From the NCBI GenBank assembly GCA_944358415.1, contig CALVRA010000006.1:4142-68141 (forward strand): a DNA stretch of 64,000 nucleotides. Reading direction: 5' to 3'. The position numbers and the translations under genes are program-made. The stretch's first letter is position 1. Each line of letters opens with the position of its first letter. Below are positions 1-9,268 of this stretch, piece after piece. The notes below the pieces were generated by a model. That model searched no databases. It saw nothing but the letters and a program-made list of their open reading frames with translations, and was not told where the DNA came from. This stretch comes from an uncultured Bacilli bacterium (GTDB lineage Bacteria > Bacillota_I > Bacilli_A > RF39 > UBA660).

Positions 1-286
1 TAAGGAGGCTACAGTGTGTATGCTTGTAACACTTATATTTTTAAGCTGTTTGTTTACTTCTTTAGGCTTTTTTGATAAATGGGTTAATTTTTGTAAATGC
101 GGATTAATTATACCGATTACTGGTTTTGCGCATGCGACGATGAGTGCGGCTTTAGAGTATAGAAAAGAAGGTTTAGTTACAGGTATTGGTATGAATATGC
201 TTAAACTTTCTGGGGCAGTGATTATTTTTGGAGTTGTCAGCAGTTTTGTGTTTAGTTTGATTAGGATGGTGGTGGGACTTATATGA
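1..286 (+). CDS. spoVAC: Stage V sporulation protein AC (5'-truncated by window edge)
   Basis: PITGFAHA...ALEYRKEGLVTGIGMNMLKLSGAVI is typical of SpoVAC; frame is open to the window start; precedes spoVAD. Confidence 0.9.
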   Translation, partial: KEATVCMLVTLIFLSCLFTSLGFFDKWVNFCKCGLIIPITGFAHATMSAALEYRKEGLVTGIGMNMLKLSGAVIIFGVVSSFVFSLIRMVVGLI

Positions 287-1269
287 CATTTAAATTTAAT
301 AATGTTTATATATATTCTACATCTACGGTGACAGGACCTTATGAAGGAAATGGACCACTAGGTAAATTTTTTGATTTATGTCATAAAGATTTATATTTTG
401 GAAAGAGGAACTGGGAAGAGGCAGAAGAGTGTTTAATTAAAGAAAGTGTTAATATTTTGGCTAAAAAAGGTGATTTTAATTTAGAAGATGTGGATGTTTT
501 TATTGGTGGTGATTTACTTAATCAGATCGCTCCTTCTAATTATGCGATGAGTAATTTTGATAAGAGTTTTATTGGGATATATGCGGCATGTGCGACATCG
601 ACTTTAGGACTTATTTTAGGAGGGAGTTTGATTGAAAGTGGTTTTGTAAAAAAAGCTGTAACTTTTACTTCTTCACATAATATGTCAGCGGAGAAACAAT
701 ATCGTTATCCGACTGAATATGGTGGTCCAAAACCTAAAACAACGACCTTTACTTCTACTGGGGCAGCCTCATGTTTACTTATGAGTAGTGGTGATATTAA
801 GCTTGAAAGTGGAACAATTGGAGTGGCTACCGATTCTATGATAAAAGATGTTTTTAATATGGGGGCAGTGATGGCTAAGGCAGCTGCTGATACAATAGTT
901 AAACATTTAAAGGATACTGGAAGAAATATTGATTATTATGATTTGGTTTTGACTGGTGATCTAGGAATTTATGGTAAGAAGATTTTAAAGGAGTATATGT
1001 TTACAGAATATGGGATTAAACTAAAAAAATATAATGATACGGGGGTTATGCTTTATGATAGAAAAGAGCAACCTGTTTATGCAGGAGCTTCTGGTCCAGC
1101 GTGTGCACCTTTAGTTACTTATAGTTATATATTTGATGAGATGCGAAAAGGAAAATATAAAAAAGTATTATTGGCAGCAACTGGGGCACTTATGAGTCCT
1201 ACAATGGTTAATCATAAACTTAGTATTCCAGCTATTTGTCATGCAGTTAGTTTGGAGGCGATGATATGA
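283..1269 (+). CDS. spoVAD: Stage V sporulation protein AD (dipicolinate uptake, thiolase-like fold)
   Basis: GPYEGNGPL, GGDLLNQ, SAEKQYRYPTEYG, TGDLG, TGALMSP motifs; operon position. Confidence 0.95.
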   Translation: MTFKFNNVYIYSTSTVTGPYEGNGPLGKFFDLCHKDLYFGKRNWEEAEECLIKESVNILAKKGDFNLEDVDVFIGGDLLNQIAPSNYAMSNFDKSFIGIYAACATSTLGLILGGSLIESGFVKKAVTFTSSHNMSAEKQYRYPTEYGGPKPKTTTFTSTGAASCLLMSSGDIKLESGTIGVATDSMIKDVFNMGAVMAKAAADTIVKHLKDTGRNIDYYDLVLTGDLGIYGKKILKEYMFTEYGIKLKKYNDTGVMLYDRKEQPVYAGASGPACAPLVTYSYIFDEMRKGKYKKVLLAATGALMSPTMVNHKLSIPAICHAVSLEAMI

Positions 1270-1616
1270 TATATTTAAATGCTTTTATATTTGCAGGGAT
1301 AGTATGCGCTTTAGGACAAATTATTTTAGATACGACTAAATTAACACCTGGTCATATTACGGTTATATTTGTGGTTGTTGGAGCTTTTCTGGATGTTTTT
1401 AATATATATGATAGACTTGTTTTGTGGGCAGGTGGTGGTGCACTTGTACCAATTACAAGTTTTGGTCATAATTTAATTCATGGGGCAATTCATGGATATA
1501 ATACAGAAGGGGTTTTAGGACTTTTTAGCGGAACTTTAGATTTGACGGCGGCTGGTATTAGTGCGGCTATTATCTTTGCCTTTTTTATGTCACTTATTTT
1601 TGAACCGAGAGATTAG
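1266..1616 (+). CDS. spoVAE: Stage V sporulation protein AE (SpoVAEb-type)
   Basis: Hydrophobic 116 aa; KLTPGH, GGGALVPITSFG motifs; follows spoVAD. Confidence 0.9.
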   Translation: MIYLNAFIFAGIVCALGQIILDTTKLTPGHITVIFVVVGAFLDVFNIYDRLVLWAGGGALVPITSFGHNLIHGAIHGYNTEGVLGLFSGTLDLTAAGISAAIIFAFFMSLIFEPRD

Positions 1617-1643
1617 ATGTCTAGTAAGAGCTAGATGTTTTTT
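1615..1643 (+). terminator. Intrinsic terminator of spoVA operon
   Basis: AGATGTCTAG-taagag-CTAGATGTTT stem followed by T run. Confidence 0.65.
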
Positions 1644-1644
1644 C

Positions 1645-1673
1645 TTGACAAACTTTTGTTCGTTTAGTAGAAT
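1645..1673 (+). promoter_or_regulatory. SigA promoter with an embedded LexA (Cheo/SOS) box
   Basis: TTGACA(1645-1650)-17 bp-TAGAAT(1668-1673); CAAACTTTTGTTCG (1649-1662) resembles the Bacillota consensus CGAAC-N4-GTTCG; lies upstream of the uvrA operon. Confidence 0.75.
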
Positions 1674-1725
1674 GTTTATAGTGATTAAAAGTGTTGACAG
1701 TAATGATATAATAATTTTGGATGTG

Positions 1726-2211
1726 ATGAAAATGTTTGTTGTTGGTTATAAGGCTTTTAATAAGGATTTGACTAATAGATATGGTGATAAATTTGAGGTT
1801 GGTAAGAGTTACTGTGTTTTAGGAGATATTAAGTGGGGGAATGACGGTAATGGCTTTCATTTGTGCATTAATATTGAGGATTGTTTTAGATATTTTGATT
1901 CTAAGGAGTCGGTAATTGCAGAAGTTATTGGCTTTGGAGAATTAAAAAAATATGATGATGAGTATTATGGATATTATGATATGTATGTTTGTGAAAAGTT
2001 AAAAGTTGTAAGGCTTGTTTCTAGAGAAGAGATATTTAGTATGGTTAAGAATTTTTCAGAAGATAGGCTTTATAGATTTGTTCAAACTTATGATATGACT
2101 GATGAGGAAAGTGCGAAGGTAGAGGCGGCATCTAAGGGTAAACAAAAGGTTTTGAAAGCGATTAGATTTTATCATTATGGTGATAAAGATGTATATAAGG
2201 AGGATTATTAA
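1726..2211 (+). CDS. Hypothetical protein with phage-type GYKAF...FEVGK...GFH.C domain (DUF7666-like)
   Basis: The ORF track start (1561) runs through the terminator and promoter, so ATG 1726 or 1732 is more likely; stop codon overlaps the uvrA start. Confidence 0.65.
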   Translation: MKMFVVGYKAFNKDLTNRYGDKFEVGKSYCVLGDIKWGNDGNGFHLCINIEDCFRYFDSKESVIAEVIGFGELKKYDDEYYGYYDMYVCEKLKVVRLVSREEIFSMVKNFSEDRLYRFVQTYDMTDEESAKVEAASKGKQKVLKAIRFYHYGDKDVYKEDY

Positions 2212-5030
2212 TGGATGAGATTATTATAAAAGGGGCGAGGGAAAATAATTTAAAAAATATTAATATTACTTTACCTAAGAATAAATTAATTGTGATGACA
2301 GGAGTTTCTGGAAGTGGTAAAAGTAGTTTAGCTTTTGATACGATTTATGCGGAAGGTCAAAGAAGATATATTGAGAGTTTGAGTGCTTATGCAAGGCAGT
2401 TTTTAGGTGGGTCTGAAAAGCCTGATGTCGATAGTATTGATGGGCTTTCACCGGCGATTAGTATTGATCAAAAAACGACTAATAAAAATCCGCGTAGTAC
2501 GGTTGGAACAGTTACAGAAATTTATGATTATTTAAGGCTTTTGTTTGCGCGTATTGGAGTACCATACTGCCCTAAACATCATATTCCAATTAGTAGTCAA
2601 AGTATTGAAGAGATGTGTAATGATGTGATGAAGCTTCCTGAGAGAACAAAAATTAGAGTTTTAGGACCAGCTGTTTCTTTAGAAAAAGGGACGCATAAGG
2701 ATTTACTTTTAGACTTAAGAAAAGATGGATATGTAAGAGTTATTATTGATGGGAAAGAGTATGATTTATCAGAGGATATTGATTTAGAAAAAAATAAAAA
2801 ACATACAATTGAGGTTGTTGTTGATAGATTAGTTATTAAGCCAGATATTAGAAGTAGGCTTTATGAGAGTATGGAAGTAGCTTCAAAGATTGGCCATGGT
2901 AAGTTATTAATAGATGTTATAGGTGGGGAAAAGATGTTGATGAGTGAGACATATGCTTGTCCAGAGTGTGATTTTTCTTTACCTGAACTTGAACCTAGAA
3001 TGTTTTCATTTAATGCACCTTGGGGAGCTTGCCCGGAGTGTAAGGGACTTGGAGTTAAGTATAAGATAGATGAGGATTTGATTATTCCAGATAAAAGTTT
3101 AAGTATTAATGAGGGGGCTATTTCGGCTATTAATACTTCTGATGAGAGCAATATTACTTATACTAATTTGGAAACAGCGTGCAGGCATCACTCTATTGAT
3201 ATGGATAAACCGGTTCGTGATTTATCTAGAGATGAACTTGATATTGTTTTATATGGTTCACCTGATTTGCTTACTTTTAATTATGTTTCTAAAAGTGGTA
3301 ATAAGAGAACGACTAAGGGTTATTTTGAGGGTATTATTACTAATTTAGAAAGACGTTATATGGAGACTAAGAGTACTTGGATTAGGGCTTGGATAGAAAA
3401 TTATATGACGGAGCTTAAGTGTCCAAAATGTCATGGAGCAAGGCTTAATGATGATGTTTTGTCAGTTTTAATAGGTAGCAAGAATATTTATGAAGTGACA
3501 CAACTTAGTATTAAGGATTTATATTCATTTTTAAGTGATTTGAAACTTACTAAAGAACAAAAGGAAATATCTGAGCTTATTATTAAGGAAATTAGTTCTA
3601 GGCTTTCATTTTTGATTAATGTTGGACTTGAGTATTTAACTTTAGATAGAGAGGCGAAGACTTTATCTGGTGGTGAGGCTCAAAGAATTAGATTAGCTAC
3701 GCAAATTGGTTCACAGCTTACAGGTGTTTTATATGTTTTAGATGAACCTAGTATTGGTCTTCATCAAAGGGATAATCAAAGATTAATTAATTCTCTTTTG
3801 AAGATGCGTGATTTGGGTAATACACTTATTGTGGTTGAGCACGATACTGATACGATGCTTGAGGCGGATTATTTAGTAGATATTGGTCCGGCTGCTGGTG
3901 TTCATGGTGGTGAGGTTGTAGCTGCAGGTACACCTAAAGAGGTTATGGCTAATCCAAACAGTTTGACTGGTAAGTATTTGACTGGTGAGATGAAAATTGA
4001 GGTACCTTCAAAAAGAAGGAAGGGAAATAAGAAATATTTAGAAATAGTGGGAGCTAAAGAGAATAATTTAAAAAATATTAAGGTTAAGTTTCCACTTGGT
4101 AAGTTTATTTGTGTGACTGGGGTATCTGGAAGTGGTAAAAGTACTTTAGTTAATGAGATTTTATACAAGGTTGTTTCTAATAATTTGTATAAGTCTAAGG
4201 AAAAACCTGGGGCTTATAAATCAGTTAAAGGACTTGAGAATATTGATAAGGTTATAGATATTTCTCAGGCACCGATTGGAAGAACACCTCGTAGTAATCC
4301 AGCTACTTATACATCTGTTTTTGATGATATTCGTGATGTTTTTGCAGAAACTAAAGAGGCAAAAATGAGAGGTTATGATAAAGGAAGATTTTCATTTAAT
4401 GTTAAAGGTGGAAGATGTGAAGCGTGCTGGGGTGATGGTGTTAAGAAAATCGAGATGCATTTTTTACCTGATGTTTATGTACCTTGTGAGGTTTGTCATG
4501 GAACACGTTATAATAGCGAAACTTTACAGATTAAATACAAGGGTAAGAATATTTATGAAGTTTTAGAGATGACAGTTGAAGAGGCTTTAAAGTTTTTTGA
4601 AAATGTTCCAAAAATTAAGAATAAATTACAAATGCTTTCTGATGTTGGACTTTCTTATATAAAACTTGGTCAAAGCGCACCAACACTGTCTGGTGGTGAG
4701 GCAGCTAGAATTAAGCTTGCAAAAGAGCTGCAAAAGAAGCCTACAGGTAAGAGTTTGTTTATTTTAGATGAACCAACTACTGGACTTCATTCTGATGATA
4801 TTAAGAAGTTACTTGTTATTTTAAATAGGATAGTTGATAATGGAGATACAGTTTTGGTTATTGAACACAATTTAGATGTTATTAAGCAAGCTGATTATAT
4901 TATTGATTTGGGTCCAGAAGGCGGCGATGGTGGCGGTGAGATTGTTGTTATTGGAACACCTGAGGAAGTTGCTTTATGTGAGAAAAGTTATACTGGTAAG
5001 TTTTTAAAACCTTATTTGACTATAGATTAA
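2211..5030 (+). CDS. uvrA: Excinuclease ABC subunit A
   Basis: Two ABC ATPase modules ([17 protein letters not shown]) and CxxC zinc fingers; 939 aa. Confidence 0.99.
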   Translation: MDEIIIKGARENNLKNINITLPKNKLIVMTGVSGSGKSSLAFDTIYAEGQRRYIESLSAYARQFLGGSEKPDVDSIDGLSPAISIDQKTTNKNPRSTVGTVTEIYDYLRLLFARIGVPYCPKHHIPISSQSIEEMCNDVMKLPERTKIRVLGPAVSLEKGTHKDLLLDLRKDGYVRVIIDGKEYDLSEDIDLEKNKKHTIEVVVDRLVIKPDIRSRLYESMEVASKIGHGKLLIDVIGGEKMLMSETYACPECDFSLPELEPRMFSFNAPWGACPECKGLGVKYKIDEDLIIPDKSLSINEGAISAINTSDESNITYTNLETACRHHSIDMDKPVRDLSRDELDIVLYGSPDLLTFNYVSKSGNKRTTKGYFEGIITNLERRYMETKSTWIRAWIENYMTELKCPKCHGARLNDDVLSVLIGSKNIYEVTQLSIKDLYSFLSDLKLTKEQKEISELIIKEISSRLSFLINVGLEYLTLDREAKTLSGGEAQRIRLATQIGSQLTGVLYVLDEPSIGLHQRDNQRLINSLLKMRDLGNTLIVVEHDTDTMLEADYLVDIGPAAGVHGGEVVAAGTPKEVMANPNSLTGKYLTGEMKIEVPSKRRKGNKKYLEIVGAKENNLKNIKVKFPLGKFICVTGVSGSGKSTLVNEILYKVVSNNLYKSKEKPGAYKSVKGLENIDKVIDISQAPIGRTPRSNPATYTSVFDDIRDVFAETKEAKMRGYDKGRFSFNVKGGRCEACWGDGVKKIEMHFLPDVYVPCEVCHGTRYNSETLQIKYKGKNIYEVLEMTVEEALKFFENVPKIKNKLQMLSDVGLSYIKLGQSAPTLSGGEAARIKLAKELQKKPTGKSLFILDEPTTGLHSDDIKKLLVILNRIVDNGDTVLVIEHNLDVIKQADYIIDLGPEGGDGGGEIVVIGTPEEVALCEKSYTGKFLKPYLTID

Positions 5031-5046
5031 TTTCTATAGTTTTTTT
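5018..5046 (+). terminator. Intrinsic terminator after uvrA
   Basis: GACTATAGA-ttaatt-TCTATAGTT followed by T run. Confidence 0.75.
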
Positions 5047-5096
5047 GTGATTTTTAAAGGAAAATTTCTAAAAAAATCGTATGTTTATATATAGAG

Positions 5097-5711
5097 GTGA
5101 AAATTATGAATTACTATGATGAAATAAAAGGTGTTTATGGTATTGATATGTCTGTTAGCACTATGGAAGATTTATTAGATTTGGATATTAACTATTATAT
5201 GAGGGTTAATTTTACCTCATTAATGAAACTTGTAGATGCAATTGGTGGGGTAGATGTTGAAAGTGATTATAGTTTTAGAGCTATTAGTGGTGAGAGATTT
5301 GTAAAAGGAATTAATCATTTAAATGGTAAACAAGCTTTAGCATTTTCACGTGAGCGTAAAGCTTTTAGTGATGGTGATCGTCAGCGTGGAAAGAACCAAC
5401 AAAAAGTTATAATAGCTATTTTAAATAAGACTTTAAGTTCTACTACATTAATTACTAAATATACGGACATTTTAGATTCTTTAGGTGGTAGTTTTCAAAC
5501 AAATATGCCAACAAGTAAAATTTATAATTTGGTTAATATGCAGTTAGATAAAATGCCAACTTGGACTTTTGAATCTATTAGTGTTAATGGAAAGGGTAGT
5601 AATGATTTCACTTATACGTATCCTAATCAGAAGTTATATGTTATGGTTCCTGATATGAATACAGTAAATGAGGCTATCAATAAAATAGATGCAGTAGAGA
5701 AGGAAAAGTGA
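5097..5711 (+). pseudogene. N-terminally truncated LCP (LytR-CpsA-Psr) family protein
   Basis: INYYMRVNF, LVDAIGGVDV, ALAFSRER, GDRQRGKNQQKVI are LCP motifs; the transmembrane anchor and first part of the domain are missing. Confidence 0.7.
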
Positions 5712-5721
5712 TTAAATAATG

Positions 5722-5755
5722 AAAAATATTCTTAAATGTTTTTGGAATATTTTTT
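5722..5755 (+). terminator. Terminator-like hairpin after the LCP fragment
   Basis: AAAAATATTC...GAATATTTTT inverted repeat. Confidence 0.5.
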
Positions 5756-5789
5756 CTTGTACAATAAGAAAGTCATACTTTTTTAATAA

Positions 5790-6095
5790 AGTTTGTAAAA
5801 AGTTATTTACAAATATAACTGTTCGTGATATATTTAGCTAAACAAAAATTAGAAAGTGATGGCATGAATATTTTTAAAGGCTATGTATTTAGGTTTTATC
5901 TAACAAAAGAGTGAGAAGAGTTAATTAATAAAATTATAGAATGTACAAGGTTTATATATAAATTTTGAAAAATAAATATATAGTAGTGTGGTTACCACAC
6001 GAAACTGGTTTATGGAAGAGTTTTAGATTCCTATGAAGTATAAATAGTTTACCGTGAGGTAAGCTAATGTCAAATTTATTTGACATTTTGTTCAA
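5790..6095 (+). mobile_element. Internally deleted IS200/IS605-family (tnpB) remnant
   Basis: 5864-5968 translates MNIFKGYVFRFYLTKE*EELINKIIECTRFIYKF (TnpB N-terminal HTH motif); followed by an omegaRNA-like tract, hairpin 6066-6087 and terminal TTCAA at 6091-6095; possible left-end hairpin near 5792-5813. Confidence 0.65.
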
Positions 6096-6123
6096 AAATA
6101 GTATTATAAAAGTGTGGTGATTT

Positions 6124-6792
6124 ATGATGATAAATTGGGATAAAATGCTTGAGAAAGAGCTTAAGATTGCTACTGAAATTAGTAAGAGAAAATATATTGT
6201 TACATATGATGAAAAATTTATAAATAATTTAAAAAGATATCAAAAGATTTTATCATTATATATGGATAATAAGTCTTATATTAGAATGAAATTATTATTT
6301 GATAAATTAATTTTAATTTTGGATGATTCAGGTAAAGTAATTATGAATTTTGAAACAAAAACTAAAATATTAGATAGTGTGGTTGAATTTATGAACCAGT
6401 TTTCAATATTTGATTTATCAAAAGATTTTTTATCAGATTCAGTATATGATAATTTAAAAGATTTTTTAAGTTATTGTGATAATGATGAGAATAAAATACG
6501 ATTGTTAATAGAAAAAATTTGTAACTGTGACGATTGTCCTAATAGGGGAATTATGCTTTTTGTTTTAGGAAATTGCTTAGATGAAATTGTTTATGGAAAT
6601 GGTCGTTGGGCTGTTAAATCTGATTTTTGTGATAATAATTTTAATGATTCTTTCGAACCTTTTATTATGGATGTACCAAAAAAATATAGAAAGACATATC
6701 AGGAAAAGCGTATTTCAAGAGAAGTATTTGCAGAAAGGGTATCCGAGAATGCAAGAATCCAATTTGAAACAATTAGAAGGCTTCAAATATAG
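6124..6792 (+). CDS. Hypothetical protein (222 aa)
   Basis: Long ORF with GTGGTGA RBS and upstream TTGACA/TATTAT; no motif recognised. Confidence 0.65.
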   Translation: MMINWDKMLEKELKIATEISKRKYIVTYDEKFINNLKRYQKILSLYMDNKSYIRMKLLFDKLILILDDSGKVIMNFETKTKILDSVVEFMNQFSIFDLSKDFLSDSVYDNLKDFLSYCDNDENKIRLLIEKICNCDDCPNRGIMLFVLGNCLDEIVYGNGRWAVKSDFCDNNFNDSFEPFIMDVPKKYRKTYQEKRISREVFAERVSENARIQFETIRRLQI

Positions 6793-6899
6793 TATAGTGT
6801 AATTTGTTATAGATAATAAATATTGGTTTTTATGTGATAAATTTTATAATTTTAATTATTTATCAATTAAGTAAAGTGTTTGTTAAAAGAAGATAATTT

Positions 6900-7295
6900 A
6901 AAAGCTAAAATTTATGTATAAAATAATAATTCTTTTAAATTATATTTAAGTGATGTTGGTTTTAAATTACTTAAAGTATCAATGAGTGATATTTTGCAAG
7001 ATAATATTTCATTTTATAATGGTGTGATTGTAGAAAAGCATGTTGCAAGCCAATTTGTATGTTAGTGGCTTTGATTTATTTTATTATCAAAATAATATTT
7101 CGAAAATTGATTTTTTACTTTATACAAAAGATGGAATTATTACAGCATAAGTAAAGGCAAGTGATAATGTTCGTTCTAAAAGTTTAAGTGTTTATTTTGA
7201 AAAATATAAACCAAAATATATGATTAGAAAATGATAAAACTATGATAAAGTCAGTGTCTCTTTATGCGGTATTTTGTATAGAAAATGATTTTTAA
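6900..7295 (+). pseudogene. Decayed AAA_14/DUF4143 ATP-binding protein, C-terminal part
   Basis: Fragments SFKLYLSDVG, GVIVEKHVASQ, KIDFLLYTKDGIITA*VKASDNVRSKSL, KSVSLYAVFCI, broken by stops and frameshifts. Confidence 0.75.
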
Positions 7296-7326
7296 ACAAT
7301 TATACAGTTTTGTGTAGTTGTTTTTT
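7294..7326 (+). terminator. Terminator hairpin after the DUF4143 pseudogene
   Basis: AAACAATTATACA...TGTGTAGTTGTTT stem (with G-U pairs) and T run. Confidence 0.6.
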
Positions 7327-7327
7327 A

Positions 7328-7347
7328 TTTAACCTTGTATGGTTAAA
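7328..7347. promoter_or_regulatory. Palindromic operator 1 (TTAACC-N6-GGTTAA)
   Basis: TTTAACCttgtatGGTTAAA just upstream of the XRE gene; same motif recurs at 7652-7669. Confidence 0.65.
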
Positions 7348-7391
7348 CGATATGCGTTTAATATTGTTAAACTTAATATAAGGTGAGGCTT

Positions 7392-7631
7392 GTGAAGTTA
7401 AGCGAAGCAATGTCAAAAAAATTACTGAAAATTTGTGATGAATGGAATATTTCAATAAATAAACTAGCAACTACTTGCTTACTTACACAAAGCACGGTTC
7501 AAAATATTATTGAATGTAATTCATCTAATCCAAAATTACTTACTATTGTTAGGATATGTGATGGACTGGGTATGACCTTAGAGGAATTTTTTTCTGATGA
7601 GTTATTTGTAAATATTGATAGGGAAGATTAA
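7392..7631 (+). CDS. XRE/Cro-family HTH transcriptional regulator
   Basis: ISINKLAT...TQSTVQNI...NPKLLTIVRICDGLGMTLEEFF; GTG start after AAGGTGAGG (track start is 7383). Confidence 0.9.
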   Translation: MKLSEAMSKKLLKICDEWNISINKLATTCLLTQSTVQNIIECNSSNPKLLTIVRICDGLGMTLEEFFSDELFVNIDRED

Positions 7632-7651
7632 AAATATTTACTTTTAATAAT

Positions 7652-7669
7652 TTAACCTTATGCGGTTAA
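7652..7669. promoter_or_regulatory. Palindromic operator 2 (TTAACC-N6-GGTTAA)
   Basis: TTAACCttatgcGGTTAA, 20 bp upstream of TATAAT (7690-7695) of the next gene. Confidence 0.65.
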
Positions 7670-7727
7670 GCCATTTTAAAATGTTTTTTTATAATTAATA
7701 TGTAAGATAGAAATAGGATGGGTATTT

Positions 7728-8096
7728 ATGAAAGAAAAATTAAAAAGTAGAATATTTATATTTGTATTAGGAGGGTTAATATTTAGTTCAGTGAGTGTGT
7801 ATGCTATGACTTATTTTCCTAGCAATCAAGTAACGTATGACAATAAAGCAAGTGGCTTAAAAGCTACGCAAGTTCAAGCTGCCATAGATGAACTATATAA
7901 TACATGTAAAAATAATACGTCTGGTAGTTGTGGTTCTGGAAATAATATATATTTTCATTATCAAGGTAGTAGTGGTGATGGCTCTGGAATATATAAAATG
8001 CCGGTAAATGGAGGAAGTTTAACCAAGATATCTGTTCAAGGTAGTTCAAATACTATAAGGCCTTATGAAGAGGCTAAGAATATTTTTATATATTAA
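7728..8096 (+). CDS. Small secreted hypothetical protein
   Basis: Signal peptide ending VYA; SNQVTYDN...TQVQAAIDELY helix; Gly/Ser-rich C-terminal part. Confidence 0.75.
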   Translation: MKEKLKSRIFIFVLGGLIFSSVSVYAMTYFPSNQVTYDNKASGLKATQVQAAIDELYNTCKNNTSGSCGSGNNIYFHYQGSSGDGSGIYKMPVNGGSLTKISVQGSSNTIRPYEEAKNIFIY

Positions 8097-8206
8097 TGTT
8101 ATAAATCATATAAAATAAATAGTGTGTATTTTAAAATAATTACATTATATTATTTTTAATAAAGGAATAAAAATCTACGTGCTGCCAAAAAAATGAAATA
8201 AAATTA

Positions 8207-8235
8207 TTGACATTCATATAATGAAATGATATATT
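8207..8235 (+). promoter_or_regulatory. SigA promoter of the str operon
   Basis: TTGACA(8207-8212)-17 bp-TATATT(8230-8235) with an extended TG. Confidence 0.7.
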
Positions 8236-8331
8236 ATTTATGCATTTAATTTTAGATTTACTTTTTAGTAAATCTTTAATTAAGGATAGAAATGAAACAC
8301 CTGGGTATGTGTAATGAGAGGAGGTTAATTT

Positions 8332-8748
8332 ATGCCAACTATTAATCAACTTGTTAGAAAAAGAAGAGGTTCTAAAACTAGAAAAAGTAAATCACCAATG
8401 TTAAATATTGGATATAACAGCAAAGATAAAAAAGAGACAGTAAGTAATTCTCCACAAAAACGTGGTGTATGTACTCGTGTTGGAACTAAAACACCAAAGA
8501 AACCGAACTCAGCTTTAAGAAAATATGCGCGTGTTAGACTTTCAAATGGTAAAGAAGTAGATACTTATATTCCAGGAGAAGGACACAACTTACAAGAACA
8601 CAGTGTTGTACTTGTTCGTGGTGGACGTGTTAAAGACTTAATCGGTGTTCGTTATCACATTATTCGTGGTACTATGGATACTGCTGGAGTTGACGCTAGA
8701 AGACAAGGCCGTTCTAAATACGGTGCTAAAAAACCAAAAAGTAAATAG
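8332..8748 (+). CDS. rpsL: 30S ribosomal protein S12
   Basis: [28 protein letters not shown]; Bacilli-type insert. Confidence 0.99.
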   Translation: MPTINQLVRKRRGSKTRKSKSPMLNIGYNSKDKKETVSNSPQKRGVCTRVGTKTPKKPNSALRKYARVRLSNGKEVDTYIPGEGHNLQEHSVVLVRGGRVKDLIGVRYHIIRGTMDTAGVDARRQGRSKYGAKKPKSK

Positions 8749-8779
8749 TTTTTAAAATATAATTGGAAGGAGGATTATT

Positions 8780-9247
8780 ATGCGTAAAAGAAGAGCTGAA
8801 AAAAGAGATGTTTTACCAGATCCAATTTACAAATCTAAAGTGGTTACTAAGTTAATTAATCAAATTATGTTAGATGGTAAAAAAGGAACTGCACAAACAA
8901 TTCTTTACAATGCATTTGATATGGTTAAAGAAAAAACTGGTAGTGAACCAGTAGAAGTATTTAACAAGGCTTTAGAAAATATCAAACCAGCTTTAGAGGT
9001 TAAAACAAGACGTGTAGGTGGAGCAAATTATCCAGTACCTATTGAAGTTAGACCTGATAGAGCTCAAGCTTTAGGATTACGTTGGCTTGTTAATTATGCT
9101 AGATTAAGAGGCGGACATTCTATGGCTGAAAATTTAGCTAATGAAATAATTGATGCTTCTAACGGTGTAGGAGCTGCAGTTAAAAAACGTGAGGAAACTC
9201 ATAGAATGGCAGAAGCTAATAAAGCATTTGCTCATTATAGATGGTAA
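8780..9247 (+). CDS. rpsG: 30S ribosomal protein S7
   Basis: [23 protein letters not shown]. Confidence 0.99.
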   Translation: MRKRRAEKRDVLPDPIYKSKVVTKLINQIMLDGKKGTAQTILYNAFDMVKEKTGSEPVEVFNKALENIKPALEVKTRRVGGANYPVPIEVRPDRAQALGLRWLVNYARLRGGHSMAENLANEIIDASNGVGAAVKKREETHRMAEANKAFAHYRW

Positions 9248-9268
9248 TTATAAGAAAGGAAATAAAAT

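Noticed and set aside
1561-1725. N-terminal extension of the 216-aa ORF in the track
   Set aside because: It overlaps spoVAE, its terminator and a consensus promoter; the real start is probably 1726 or 1732
5912-5914. In-frame TGA in the tnpB fragment as a sign of genetic code 4
   Set aside because: TGA ends intact genes such as spoVAC and spoVAD, Trp is TGG in conserved genes, and the fragment is decayed anyway
5810-6095. Additional SOS boxes at ...ACTGTTCG (about 5820) and GACATTTTGTTC (about 6082)
   Set aside because: Only the GTTC half-site matches; the left halves deviate too much
8140-8349. 69-aa minus-strand ORF upstream of rpsL
   Set aside because: It overlaps the rpsL promoter, leader and start; AT-rich with no RBS or motif
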